Shown here: positions 17,098-26,702 of the stretch, in pieces
Layout: every line of letters begins with the position of its first letter
How positions within the stretch are numbered: position 1 is the first letter of the stretch
Sequence record: MZ997840.1
Length of the DNA: 44,728 nucleotides
Source: Escherichia phage ULINTec6
Strand: one strand, 5' to 3'
The notes under the pieces: model-generated
Told to the model about the DNA's origin: nothing
Databases searched by the model: none
The model's input: the letters and a program-made list of their open reading frames with translations, nothing else
Made by a program: the position numbers and the translations under genes

Positions 17098-18038
17098 TAG
17101 ATGCTGATATGTTACCTTACATCGTCGGGTACACTATCAGTGACATGACTTATGTGCGAGCCACAACTCGTGTTAAGTCGGGACAAGTCCCATCGATCAA
17201 AGATACACCTGAGTGTAAGCAAGCATGTGACCGTGTGAACTCCTTGCTTAACTCTTGGGTGTATGCAGCAGAGTGTGATGCAGCTAAGCTATTCATGACG
17301 AAATCAGAAGCTAACTTCCGTGTTCGCCTCGCCTTCACCAAGCCTTATAAGGGTCAACGTAAGACCGAGAAGCCTCCATTCTTCTATGAATTGCGAGAGC
17401 ATCTCTTAGAGGTTCACGGTGCAATCTTGGCAGATGGAGAGGAAGCAGACGACCTCATGAGTATCGCACAATGGGACAGCCACCGCCGCTTCCAGCAAGA
17501 TACAGGTAACGAGTTCCCTATCGGTAGTCCAGAGCATAAGGCATTCTCTGACACTTGCATCGTTTCCTTGGATAAGGATTTGATGATTGTCCCCGGTTGG
17601 CACCTACAGCCGGGTCAAGAGAAGAAGTGGGTAGAGCCTATGGGTTGGCTTGAGTTACGCCGCAAAGCTAATGGTCAAGTCAAAGACCTAAAAGGTGCTG
17701 GCCTCATGTTCCATTATGCACAGATGATTATTGGTGATGACATTGATAACTATGCTGGCATACCTAGTCGTGGTGCTAAGTACGCCTATGACCTTCTCAA
17801 AGACTGTAAGACAGAGAAAGAATTGTACATGGCAGTGCTTGGCGCTTACAAGGCTAAGTTCGGACATGGACAAGTTAAGATTAAGAATTACCGAGGTGGT
17901 TATCGTATCGGCAAAGCCTTTGACCTAATGCTTGAATGCGGTCGTCTTGCTCATATGGCAAGGTTCAAAGGGGATATATGGCGAGCCGATAAGAACCCAA
18001 TCTTGTGGGGAGATGATGCGGAATGGTTAGCAAATTAA
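17010..18038 (+). CDS. 5'-3' exonuclease (T7 gene 6 / FEN-like)
   Basis: Blocks ALIDADMLPY, EADD, SLDKDL and IIGDDIDNYAGIP parallel T7 gp6 (ILVMDGDWLVF, EGDD, SCDKDF, IKGDITDGYSGIA); start set to ATG 17010 after GAGGAG RBS. Confidence 0.85.
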   Translation: MRPNFDFGATVSEDNNLILWPTEGNRIALIDADMLPYIVGYTISDMTYVRATTRVKSGQVPSIKDTPECKQACDRVNSLLNSWVYAAECDAAKLFMTKSEANFRVRLAFTKPYKGQRKTEKPPFFYELREHLLEVHGAILADGEEADDLMSIAQWDSHRRFQQDTGNEFPIGSPEHKAFSDTCIVSLDKDLMIVPGWHLQPGQEKKWVEPMGWLELRRKANGQVKDLKGAGLMFHYAQMIIGDDIDNYAGIPSRGAKYAYDLLKDCKTEKELYMAVLGAYKAKFGHGQVKIKNYRGGYRIGKAFDLMLECGRLAHMARFKGDIWRADKNPILWGDDAEWLAN

Positions 18039-18436
18039 AAGCATCGGAGGTGGCAGCTTATAAGAAGGAATTGCTAGATAAGCAAGGATGGAAATGCCCT
18101 CTGTGTGGCGGCAGTCTCAAAGCTGTCACACCTGTAAACCGTGTACTTGACCATGACCATGAGACAGGATTCTGCCGTGCTGTTGTATGCCGAGGCTGCA
18201 ATGGTGCGGAAGGGAAGATTAAGGGTGTTATCTCTGGTTATGGCAAGGCGGGTAATAATCGTTACTTCCAGCTTCAATGGTTAGAGAGATTGTATGAATA
18301 CTGGAAGTTACATAGTACGCCTCAGACAGATAAGTTATATCACAAACATCAAACGGAGGCAGAGAAGCGCGAGGCTAAGAACCGTAAGGCACGCCTTGCT
18401 TATGCAAGAAAGAAGAAGGAGGTTAAAGTTGGGTAA
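18023..18436 (+). CDS. Endonuclease VII-type Holliday-junction resolvase
   Basis: CPLCGG...DHDHETGFCRAVVCRGCNGAEG zinc-binding/catalytic pattern typical of T4 endonuclease VII-family proteins. Confidence 0.75.
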   Translation: MVSKLKASEVAAYKKELLDKQGWKCPLCGGSLKAVTPVNRVLDHDHETGFCRAVVCRGCNGAEGKIKGVISGYGKAGNNRYFQLQWLERLYEYWKLHSTPQTDKLYHKHQTEAEKREAKNRKARLAYARKKKEVKVG

Positions 18437-19436
18437 GCTTCGCAGCTTGTACAAAGACTCCGAGGTACTTGATGCAATCGAGCAAGCTACCGACGAGAAA
18501 GGTAATGTTAACTACAATGAGATGGCACGTGTATTATCGTGTCATCCTGTGGGTAAGAAGATTACCCGCCAGTTGGCTAGATACTGGCATGGTCAATTCA
18601 AGAAGACCAAGAAGAATGGAGAGTACTACCAGACTCTTCTGCAAGAAGATAAGCGTATCAAAGAAGAGCGTAAGCTCAGGACTCCTGACCGCTACGAGGA
18701 TTTGGCTATTGTACCATTGCCTGACTCGCCTCATCGAAGTGTACTGGTAATACCTGACACTCATGCACCTTACGAACACCCAGATACCTTAGAGTTTCTG
18801 GCAGCGGTGGCAGCACGTTACCGTCCAGACACTGTAGTTCATCTGGGTGATGAGGCGGATAAACATGCCTTATCATTCCACGATTCGGACCCCAATCTGG
18901 ATAGCGCTGGCATGGAGTTAGAGAAGGCCCGTGTCTTTATGCATAAATTACACAAGATGTTTCCTGTGATGCGCCTGTGTCATTCTAATCACGGCTCTAT
19001 GCACTTCCGTAAGGCAAGCGCCAAAGGTATTCCTGTACAATATCTGCGTACCTATCGTGAAGTCTTCTTCCCGCAGGGAGGTGGAGATCAGTGGGATTGG
19101 CAGCATACTCATGTGCTTGAGTTGCCGAACGGTGAACAGGTGGCATTCAAGCATCAACCTGCTGGCTCTGTCTTAGCAGATGCAGCGCATGAGCGTATGA
19201 ACCTGGTGTGTGGTCACTTGCACGGTAAGATGTCTGTGGAGTACGCACGTAATACACATGAACAGTATTGGGCTGTGCAGGGTGGCTGCTTAATTGATGA
19301 GTCATCCCGTGCATTTGCCTATGGGCGTGAGTCTAAATACAAGCCAGCATTAGGTTGTGTGGTTATTCTGGAAGGTGTGCCTCATATTGTCCCGATGCAA
19401 ACCAATAGCGACAACCGTTGGATTGGCAAGATTTAG
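18429..19436 (+). CDS. Calcineurin-like metallophosphoesterase
   Basis: Motifs VIPDTHAPY (DxH), HLGDEADKH (GDxxD), CHSNHG (GNH-like) and GHLHG; start uncertain (TTG 18429 after AAGGAGG, or in-frame ATG near 18518). Confidence 0.65.
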   Translation: MGKLRSLYKDSEVLDAIEQATDEKGNVNYNEMARVLSCHPVGKKITRQLARYWHGQFKKTKKNGEYYQTLLQEDKRIKEERKLRTPDRYEDLAIVPLPDSPHRSVLVIPDTHAPYEHPDTLEFLAAVAARYRPDTVVHLGDEADKHALSFHDSDPNLDSAGMELEKARVFMHKLHKMFPVMRLCHSNHGSMHFRKASAKGIPVQYLRTYREVFFPQGGGDQWDWQHTHVLELPNGEQVAFKHQPAGSVLADAAHERMNLVCGHLHGKMSVEYARNTHEQYWAVQGGCLIDESSRAFAYGRESKYKPALGCVVILEGVPHIVPMQTNSDNRWIGKI

Positions 19437-19453
19437 TTGACACTATAGAACAA
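19431..19453 (+). promoter_or_regulatory. Phage RNAP promoter (ATTTAGTTGACACTATAGAACAA)
   Basis: Close to the classical SP6 promoter form; followed by a 9-bp inverted repeat (aagggctag ... ctagccctt) in the leader. Confidence 0.75.
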
Positions 19454-19536
19454 AGGGCTAGGTAAGACTTTATCGGCTGGCGTATCCAAATGATATTGCA
19501 CTAGCCCTTGATTGTATAGTGAATGGAGGGTTCAAT

Positions 19537-20040
19537 ATGTCACACTATGAATGTAAGAAGTGTCATAAGCGTTATGATTACTGTACTTGTGGTCAAGAGA
19601 AAACATCTTTTAAAGTTGGAGACAAGGTATTTCGTAATGAAAAAGATTCTATTCCTTGGAATCAATACTGCAAAGAAGCTGGTATTGACCCTGATAGCCC
19701 TGTAACCATAGATGATATTGATGGCATTAACTTGTGCTTTCGTGAGGTGAGGGGTACAGGTTGGGATTCCAAAAAATTCAAACTTGCATCTGATAAGTTA
19801 GACAACAATATGGTAACTCAGCCTAAGCACTACGAGTTCTTTGATGGTGTAGAGGCAATCACTATCATTGCCCGCAGTATGACTGAAAAGCAATTCGCTG
19901 GGTACTGCATGGGTAATGCCCTTAAGTATCGCCTGCGTGCAGGTAAGAAGTTCAATACTGAAGAAGACTTGAAGAAGGCAGACTATTATAAAGAGTTATT
20001 CCAGAAGCATCGTCACGAATGTATTGATGAGGATATTTAA
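19537..20040 (+). CDS. Hypothetical protein with N-terminal Cys cluster (CKKCHKRYDYCTCG)
   Basis: ORF track, start adjusted to ATG 19537 after GGAGGG RBS. Confidence 0.55.
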   Translation: MSHYECKKCHKRYDYCTCGQEKTSFKVGDKVFRNEKDSIPWNQYCKEAGIDPDSPVTIDDIDGINLCFREVRGTGWDSKKFKLASDKLDNNMVTQPKHYEFFDGVEAITIIARSMTEKQFAGYCMGNALKYRLRAGKKFNTEEDLKKADYYKELFQKHRHECIDEDI

Positions 20041-20041
20041 T

Positions 20042-20215
20042 ATGGAAGGTAAACTGTATAGAGGGTACTTCGGTAACTTATATAAAGTAAGCTCTCGCGG
20101 TTTTGTATTGACCTCTGATGATGAAGGTGCAATGTGGCACCTAAGTGCATATGGTTCTAACTTAGCACACTTTAAAGAGGCAATAGTCAAAGGTGTGATG
20201 AAGGAGGTGAAATGA
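20042..20215 (+). CDS. Hypothetical protein (57 aa)
   Basis: In-frame ATG within the track ORF 20024..20215; overlaps neighbours at both ends. Confidence 0.4.
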   Translation: MEGKLYRGYFGNLYKVSSRGFVLTSDDEGAMWHLSAYGSNLAHFKEAIVKGVMKEVK

Positions 20216-21159
20216 ACATCTTCCAATTCCTAGGTCTTCCAGAAGACCACCGCAATCATCCATTCATGCTGGTGAAGCATCGCGGTGAAGTTCCTGAGAA
20301 GAAACTTACTTTTCCATGTTATGCACAGGTGAAACGAGATGGAATATTCAGTGCTGTTGTGGTGCGCAATGATGGTGCTGTTGCCGTCTTTGGTCGTACT
20401 GGTAAGAAGCTCTCAAATGTTGAAGCCTTGGAAAAGACATTTAGTGTATTTCCTGTCGGGTTGTATCTTGGTGAGTTGCAATCTATGGCTGTTGATGTTT
20501 ATCTTGAAGCTCTGTCAGGAGTGGTAAACCCTAATCGTACAGAGCCACTTGACTTCATAGGCCAGCAGATTAAAGACAACCTGTATATCGACTTCTTCGA
20601 TATGTTAACTATTAAGGCATTCCATGATGGATTCACTGATGTTTCTTATCTCAAACGTTACGATGCTTTACATCGTCGTATCGGCACTCATCTTAGCGGG
20701 TGCAACGCTATCCTTCCTATCACTCCTTGCCATAATGAGCGAGAAGTTGAAGCGTTTGCGCAAGAGCAAATAGATGCAGGACGTGAGGGTGCTGTATTCA
20801 AACTGGACTGCGATTATGAAGCAGGACACAAAGGTTATCGTCAGACTAAAGAAGTCCGTAAGGTAACTTATGACCTTACTTGTATTGGCTTTGAAGAAGG
20901 TAAAGGTAAATACAAAGGTAAGGTAGCTAACCTCATTTTCAAGTGGAAAGGGGGCAAGACAATCAAAGCTATGCTCGGTAAAGGGTGGACTCATGCAGAT
21001 GCAGAACAGATGTTCCACGATATTAAACATGGCGGACGGTTGAATGTCATTGGTAAAATCTTTGAAGTCAAAGGTCTTCAGGATTCAAGCAAGGGCAACA
21101 TTCGTCTGCCCAAAGCGGGAGAATTAAGACATGACAAAGATGAACCAGATTTCTTTTGA
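20212..21159 (+). CDS. ATP-dependent DNA ligase
   Basis: Adenylation motif I AQVKRDGIF (KxDG); size similar to T7 ligase; GGAGGTG RBS. Confidence 0.85.
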   Translation: MNIFQFLGLPEDHRNHPFMLVKHRGEVPEKKLTFPCYAQVKRDGIFSAVVVRNDGAVAVFGRTGKKLSNVEALEKTFSVFPVGLYLGELQSMAVDVYLEALSGVVNPNRTEPLDFIGQQIKDNLYIDFFDMLTIKAFHDGFTDVSYLKRYDALHRRIGTHLSGCNAILPITPCHNEREVEAFAQEQIDAGREGAVFKLDCDYEAGHKGYRQTKEVRKVTYDLTCIGFEEGKGKYKGKVANLIFKWKGGKTIKAMLGKGWTHADAEQMFHDIKHGGRLNVIGKIFEVKGLQDSSKGNIRLPKAGELRHDKDEPDFF

Positions 21160-21346
21160 TAGCATGAAGGCAACTCGTGCAGTTGAGGTAGCAGAAGCTA
21201 TCTTTGAAACTTTATCATGTGGCATGGAAGTGCCATATACTTTACTTGCTGATGCAGAAGAACTTGGTCTTTCTGTAGAAGCTATCCAAGAGAAGGTTGA
21301 CGAATTATATGGTACAGACGAAGAAGAAACCGACGATTTCATTTGA
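21131..21346 (+). CDS. Hypothetical acidic protein (71 aa)
   Basis: ORF track. Confidence 0.4.
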   Translation: MTKMNQISFDSMKATRAVEVAEAIFETLSCGMEVPYTLLADAEELGLSVEAIQEKVDELYGTDEEETDDFI

Positions 21347-21475
21347 AGGAATGGAGATGCTTGAGATGATTCTCAAGCCTTCTTCTCCGAAGGTGACTAA
21401 GACTCATGAAGAGTTAATCGTTGATGAAGTGAAGCGTTACATCATGGATTGTGTCAGAGCACAACTGGTGGTCCA

Positions 21476-21937
21476 ATGATACGTCCAGCTTCCTTCCTAG
21501 ATATTCCTGAGATTATAAACCTTGGGAATAAATATGTGGAAGAGGAAGTCAAGGTAGTGGCCCATCACTCAGCATCATGGAATGCAGAACAAAGCGCACA
21601 TAACCTTTGCGCATCTCTTAGTAGAGAAGATTTATTCCTATGGGTTGCTGTAGATGAAGGGCGGATTGTAGGGTTCCTGTGGGCTGGCTATCACGAGTTG
21701 GCCCCTTGGACACCTGTAAGGGTTGCCTCTGACATTCTCTTTTATATTATACCAGAGAAGCGAGGAACCCTACTTGGTATGCGTCTCATCAAAGCCCTAA
21801 AGCAATGGGCTAGTGATAATGAATGCTCTGAGGTTCGCCTGTCTATCGCCTCTGGTATTAATGAAGAACGTGTCGGACGTATGTATAAGCGACTTGGCTT
21901 TGAACCGTTTGGCACTGTGTACAACCTGAAGTTCTAA
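21476..21937 (+). CDS. GNAT-family N-acetyltransferase
   Basis: Acetyl-CoA-binding-like core RIVGF...IIPEKRGTLLGMRLIKAL...RVGRMYKRLGFEP; start set to ATG 21476. Confidence 0.6.
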   Translation: MIRPASFLDIPEIINLGNKYVEEEVKVVAHHSASWNAEQSAHNLCASLSREDLFLWVAVDEGRIVGFLWAGYHELAPWTPVRVASDILFYIIPEKRGTLLGMRLIKALKQWASDNECSEVRLSIASGINEERVGRMYKRLGFEPFGTVYNLKF

Positions 21938-21946
21938 GGAGATAAC

Positions 21947-22156
21947 ATGGGTGTTGTAAAGAAAGCATTTAAGGCTATCGGTCTTGCTCAAGATGCACCA
22001 CGTATTGAAGCCAAAGTCCCAGCACAGCAGCTTGAGCGTAAGCCTGAGACTGAAGCTGAAGATATTCAAATTGGTGCAGGTGGTGATGATTCGACTGCAT
22101 CTGCAAAAGGTAAGCGCGGCCTTGTCCGTCCGGTAGCTTCTAGCTTGAAGGTGTAA
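21947..22156 (+). CDS. Small hypothetical protein upstream of portal (69 aa)
   Basis: ORF track; AAGGAG RBS. Confidence 0.5.
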   Translation: MGVVKKAFKAIGLAQDAPRIEAKVPAQQLERKPETEAEDIQIGAGGDDSTASAKGKRGLVRPVASSLKV

Positions 22157-22157
22157 T

Positions 22158-23708
22158 ATGAAACAGAGCACAGATTTGGAGTATGGAGGTAAGCGGTCTA
22201 AGATACCTAAGCTATGGGAGAAGTTCTCCACTAAACGTAGCTCTTTCCTTGATAGGGCGAAGCATTACTCCAAATTAACCTTGCCCTATCTGATGAATGA
22301 CAAAGGTGATAACGAGACTTCGCAGAATGGATGGCAAGGTGTAGGTGCTCAGGCAACCAACCATCTAGCCAACAAGCTAGCGCAAGTACTATTCCCTGCA
22401 CAGCGTTCCTTCTTCCGTGTAGACTTAACTGCACAAGGTGAGAAGGTTCTTAATCAGCGTGGCCTGAAGAAGACAGAGCTAGCTACTATCTTCGCTCAAG
22501 TGGAAACACGGGCAATGAAAGAGTTAGAGCAACGTCAATTCCGGCCTGCTGTAGTGGAAGCATTCAAGCATCTTATTGTTGCTGGTAGCTGTATGCTATA
22601 CAAGCCGAGCAAAGGTGCAATCAGTGCTATCCCAATGCATCACTATGTAGTTAACCGTGATACCAATGGCGACCTGTTAGACATTATCTTACTGCAAGAG
22701 AAAGCCTTACGCACATTTGACCCAGCCACACGTGCTGTAGTTGAGGTCGGCTTGAAAGGTAAGAAGTGCAAGGAAGATGACAGAATTAAGCTGTACACAC
22801 ATGCTAAGTATCTTGGTGATGGATTTTGGGAACTCAAGCAATCTGCTGATGATATCCCTGTTGGTGAGGTAAGTAAAATCAAATCAGAAAAGTTACCATT
22901 TATCCCACTGACTTGGAAGCGAAGCTATGGTGAAGATTGGGGTCGTCCTTTAGCAGAGGATTACTCTGGTGATTTATTCGTTATCCAATTCTTATCTGAA
23001 GCGGTTGCCCGTGGTGCTGCACTGATGGCAGATATCAAGTACCTGATTCGTCCAGGTGCTCAAACTGATGTTGACCATTTTGTTAACTCTGGCACTGGTG
23101 AGGTTGTCACTGGTGTAGAAGAAGATATCCATATTGTACAGTTAGGTAAGTACGCAGACCTCACACCTATTAGCGCGGTTCTAGAGGTGTACACTCGCCG
23201 TATCGGTGTCGTCTTCATGATGGAGACAATGACACGCCGTGACGCCGAACGTGTTACTGCTGTAGAAATCCAGCGAGATGCGCTAGAGATTGAGCAGAAC
23301 ATGGGCGGTGTATACTCCCTCTTTGCTACTACTATGCAATCGCCAGTAGCGATGTGGGGTCTGCTGGAGGCTGGTGACTCATTCACAAGTGACCTAGTTG
23401 ACCCTGTGATTATAACAGGTATTGAAGCACTAGGCCGCATGGCTGAATTGGATAAACTGGCAAACTTCGCGCAGTATATGTCGCTACCTCTGCAATGGCC
23501 TGAGCCTGTCTTAGCTGCTGTGAAATGGCCTGACTATATGGATTGGGTACGTGGTCAAATCTCTGCTGAGCTGCCATTCCTTAAATCGGCTGAAGAGATG
23601 GAACAAGAACAGGAAGCACAAATGCAAGCACAGCAAGCACAGATGCTTGAAGAAGGTGTGGCTAAAGCCGTGCCGGGTGTAATTCAACAAGAACTTAAGG
23701 AGGCGTAA
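22158..23708 (+). CDS. Portal (head-to-tail connector) protein, T7 gene 8 family
   Basis: 516 aa; GWQGVGAQATNHLANKLAQVLFP parallels T7 gp8 TPWQAVGARGLNNLASKLMLALFP; Gln/Ala-rich C-terminus; precedes scaffold and capsid. Confidence 0.9.
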   Translation: MKQSTDLEYGGKRSKIPKLWEKFSTKRSSFLDRAKHYSKLTLPYLMNDKGDNETSQNGWQGVGAQATNHLANKLAQVLFPAQRSFFRVDLTAQGEKVLNQRGLKKTELATIFAQVETRAMKELEQRQFRPAVVEAFKHLIVAGSCMLYKPSKGAISAIPMHHYVVNRDTNGDLLDIILLQEKALRTFDPATRAVVEVGLKGKKCKEDDRIKLYTHAKYLGDGFWELKQSADDIPVGEVSKIKSEKLPFIPLTWKRSYGEDWGRPLAEDYSGDLFVIQFLSEAVARGAALMADIKYLIRPGAQTDVDHFVNSGTGEVVTGVEEDIHIVQLGKYADLTPISAVLEVYTRRIGVVFMMETMTRRDAERVTAVEIQRDALEIEQNMGGVYSLFATTMQSPVAMWGLLEAGDSFTSDLVDPVIITGIEALGRMAELDKLANFAQYMSLPLQWPEPVLAAVKWPDYMDWVRGQISAELPFLKSAEEMEQEQEAQMQAQQAQMLEEGVAKAVPGVIQQELKEA

Positions 23709-24628
23709 TGTCTTTCTCATTTAATGAACCGTCAACCACTCACCCTACTGCTGAAGCGAATCCGGCAGAAACCAAGGAGGTAACAACTAATGCTGCTACT
23801 ACTGATGTTCCTGCTGACGCTGGCACTGATGTACAAGATGACAATGCTGGTGCACAACCTATTGAAGACGCCGGAGGAGAAGCTTCTGGACAGCCTTCAG
23901 AAGAAGGAGACAATGGCGGAGAGAATGGTGAATCTAAGCCAGATGATACCACGACCGACACTGAGGAAGTGCAATACTTCTTTGGAGAGCATGAAGTAAC
24001 AGTAGACATCCCACAGGATGTAACTGATAGTCTTAAAGAGAAAGGCATTGATGCTAAGCAGGTTGCCAAGGAACTCTATGCCAAAGATGGCAAGTTTGAA
24101 CTGTCCGATGCAACCAAGCAGAAGCTATATGATGCCTTTGGCAAGTTTGCAGTAGATGCCTACCTTTCTGGCCTTAAGGCACAGAACGAGGCTTTCTTCC
24201 TGAAGGAAGCCAATGCTGCTAAGGAACTGGAAGCAGCTAACACTCAGCGCTTCTCTGATGTTTCTAAGGAAGTTGGTGGTGAAGAAGGTTGGTCCCGTCT
24301 TGAGGCGTGGGCGCTTGAAGCACTGTCCGATGATGAACTCACAGCCTTCAATGCTGTGATGGAGTCTGGCAACCAGTACCTACAGCAGTACGCTGTGCGT
24401 GAACTGGAGAGCCGCCGTAAGGCTGCACAAGGTGATGACAAGCCAAACCTGATTGAACCCTCTGCACCTGCTGCTGCATCTGAAGATAACGGCCCTCTCT
24501 CGCGTGAGCAATACCTGCGTGAGATGATGACCCTTAGCTCTCGCTTCGGCACAGACAAGAAAGCTGCTGCTGAGTATCAGGCTAAACTGGATGCTCGCCG
24601 CCGCGCTGGTATGGCTCGCGGATTATAA
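23708..24628 (+). CDS. Capsid scaffolding (assembly) protein
   Basis: Acidic, low-complexity 306-aa protein between portal and major capsid genes (T7 gene 9 position). Confidence 0.75.
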   Translation: MSFSFNEPSTTHPTAEANPAETKEVTTNAATTDVPADAGTDVQDDNAGAQPIEDAGGEASGQPSEEGDNGGENGESKPDDTTTDTEEVQYFFGEHEVTVDIPQDVTDSLKEKGIDAKQVAKELYAKDGKFELSDATKQKLYDAFGKFAVDAYLSGLKAQNEAFFLKEANAAKELEAANTQRFSDVSKEVGGEEGWSRLEAWALEALSDDELTAFNAVMESGNQYLQQYAVRELESRRKAAQGDDKPNLIEPSAPAAASEDNGPLSREQYLREMMTLSSRFGTDKKAAAEYQAKLDARRRAGMARGL

Positions 24629-24633
24629 TCAGT

Positions 24634-24656
24634 ATTTACTGGACACTATAGAAGGG
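24634..24656 (+). promoter_or_regulatory. Phage RNAP promoter driving the capsid gene (ATTTACTGGACACTATAGAAGGG)
   Basis: Full consensus; transcript starts with the stem-loop gggagaaatgtctccc, analogous to the T7 gene 10 leader. Confidence 0.85.
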
Positions 24657-24704
24657 AGAAATGTCTCCCTAAATTATCAATTTGATTTATAAGGAGGTTT
24701 ATTA

Positions 24705-25910
24705 ATGTCTACACCGAATACTCTGACCAACGTTGCAGTCTCCGCTTCCGGTGAGGTAGACAGCCTGCTCATTGAGAAATTCAATGGTAAGGTGAATGAG
24801 CAGTACCTGAAAGGTGAGAACATCATGTCCTACTTCGATGTTCAGACTGTTACTGGTACTAACACGGTAAGCAACAAATACTTGGGTGAAACAGAGTTGC
24901 AGGTTCTGGCACCGGGCCAGTCTCCGGCTGCAACCTCTACTCAGGCCGATAAAAACCAGCTGGTAATTGATGCCACTGTTATCGCTCGTAACACCGTTGC
25001 ACACCTGCATGATGTACAGGGTGATATTGACAGCCTGAAACCGAAGCTGGCTACCAACCAAGCTAAGCAGCTTAAGAAGATGGAAGATGAAATGCTGATT
25101 CAGCAGATGCTTCTGGGCGGTATTGCTAACACTCAGGCTAAACGTACCAATCCGCGTGTGAAGGGTCATGGCTTCTCTGTCAACGTAGAGGTCAATGAAG
25201 GAGAAGCACTGGTTAACCCACAGTATGTAATGGCAGCTGTAGAGTTTGCTCTGGAGCAGCAGCTTGAGCAGGAAGTTGATATCTCTGATGTAGCTATCCT
25301 GATGCCGTGGCGCTACTTCAACGTACTGCGTGATGCGGATCGTATCGTTGACAAGAGCTACACCATTAGCCAGTCTGGTGCAACCATTCAGGGCTTCGTA
25401 CTGTCTTCCTACAACTGTCCAGTTATCCCATCTAACCGATTCCCGAAATTTGCTCAAGGCCAGAAGCATCACCTGTTGTCTAACGAAGACAACGGCTACC
25501 GCTATGACCCTATTGCAGAAATGAACGGCGCGATTGCTGTACTGTTCACTGCCGATGCACTGTTGGTGGGACGCTCTATTGATGTTACTGGTGATATCTT
25601 CTATGAGAAGAAAGAGAAGACCTACTACATCGACACCTTTATGTCTGAGGGTGCAATCCCTGATCGTTGGGAAGCAGTTTCTGTTGTGACCACTAAGCGT
25701 AATGTCACTACTGGTGCTGCTGACAGTACCGCTGCTGCACAGCATACTCAGGTTCTGAACCGTGCACAGCGCAAAGCTGTATACGTCAAGAGTGCTGCTC
25801 CGGCAGGTGATGCCGCTGCTGCTACTCTTTCTGCTGAAGACTTGGTTGCTGCTGTCCGTGCTGTAATGGCAAATGACATTAAGCCGACTGCAATGAAACC
25901 TACTGAGTAA
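24705..25910 (+). CDS. Major capsid protein
   Basis: 401 aa, strong AAGGAGG RBS, downstream of scaffold with its own strong promoter and followed by a terminator (T7 gene 10 arrangement). Confidence 0.9.
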   Translation: MSTPNTLTNVAVSASGEVDSLLIEKFNGKVNEQYLKGENIMSYFDVQTVTGTNTVSNKYLGETELQVLAPGQSPAATSTQADKNQLVIDATVIARNTVAHLHDVQGDIDSLKPKLATNQAKQLKKMEDEMLIQQMLLGGIANTQAKRTNPRVKGHGFSVNVEVNEGEALVNPQYVMAAVEFALEQQLEQEVDISDVAILMPWRYFNVLRDADRIVDKSYTISQSGATIQGFVLSSYNCPVIPSNRFPKFAQGQKHHLLSNEDNGYRYDPIAEMNGAIAVLFTADALLVGRSIDVTGDIFYEKKEKTYYIDTFMSEGAIPDRWEAVSVVTTKRNVTTGAADSTAAAQHTQVLNRAQRKAVYVKSAAPAGDAAAATLSAEDLVAAVRAVMANDIKPTAMKPTE

Positions 25911-25915
25911 TACCT

Positions 25916-25950
25916 ATGCCCTATCTACCCTGCGTAGGTAGGGTTCTTTT
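25916..25950 (+). terminator. T-phi-like terminator after the capsid gene
   Basis: Hairpin ccctatctacc-ctgcgta-ggtaggg followed by TTCTTTTT. Confidence 0.55.
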
Positions 25951-25964
25951 TGTTAGGAGGGTTC

Positions 25965-26702
25965 ATGCCTGTAATTAGACAAACCAGTAAAGTAGGACAT
26001 ATGATGGAAGATGTGGCCTTCCAGATTATTGATAGTAAGCTGGAAGCGGTAAACTTGTGTATGCGAGCTATTGGTCGTGAGGGTGTGGACTCTCTCGACT
26101 CAGGTGACTTGGACGCAGAAGACGCAAGCAAGATGATCGACATCGTATCCCAGAGGTTCCAGTACAACAAAGGAGGTGGCTGGTGGTTCAATCGTGAACC
26201 AAACTGGCAGATTGCACCTGATACCAATGGTGAAGTCAATTTACCTAACAACTGCCTAGCAGTATTGCAGTGTTACGCTTTGGGTGAGAAGAAAGTGCCC
26301 ATGACTATGCGAGCAGGTAAGCTCTACTCTACATGGAGTCATACCTTTGATATGCGTAAGCATGTGAATGCTAACGGTATGATTCGTCTTACCTTACTCA
26401 CCTTACTTCCATATGAGCATCTACCTACTAGTGTAATGCAGGCTATTGCCTATCAAGCTGCTGTAGAGTTTATTGTGTCTAAGGATGCAGATCAGACTAA
26501 GTTAGCCACTGCACAGCAGATTGCCACTCAGCTTCTTATGGATGTGCAATCAGAACAAATGTCACAAAAGCGATTGAATATGCTTGTGCATAATCCTACG
26601 CAGCGTCAGTTCGGTATTATGGCTGGTGGTTCTCAGAATGTACCTGCTTACTCTCATTCACCATATGATAGTTGGACTCTTCGTCCGTGGGAGGATCGGT
26701 AA
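25965..26702 (+). CDS. Tail tubular protein A (T7 gene 11 family)
   Basis: Synteny directly after capsid; AGGAGG RBS then ATG 25965; size near T7 gp11. Confidence 0.75.
   Translation: MPVIRQTSKVGHMMEDVAFQIIDSKLEAVNLCMRAIGREGVDSLDSGDLDAEDASKMIDIVSQRFQYNKGGGWWFNREPNWQIAPDTNGEVNLPNNCLAVLQCYALGEKKVPMTMRAGKLYSTWSHTFDMRKHVNANGMIRLTLLTLLPYEHLPTSVMQAIAYQAAVEFIVSKDADQTKLATAQQIATQLLMDVQSEQMSQKRLNMLVHNPTQRQFGIMAGGSQNVPAYSHSPYDSWTLRPWEDR

Noticed and set aside
24702-25745. 347-aa minus-strand ORF antisense to the major capsid gene, and other long minus-strand ORFs (for example 2538..3071, 15562..16167, 30128..30643, 33201..33837)
   Set aside because: All lie antisense within well-supported + strand genes; the genome architecture is unidirectional as in T7-like phages; no promoters or RBS were found for them.
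25800-25960. Programmed -1 frameshift extension of the capsid protein, as in T7 10A/10B
   Set aside because: No extended ORF in the -1 frame beyond the capsid stop; a terminator hairpin and U-tract follow immediately.
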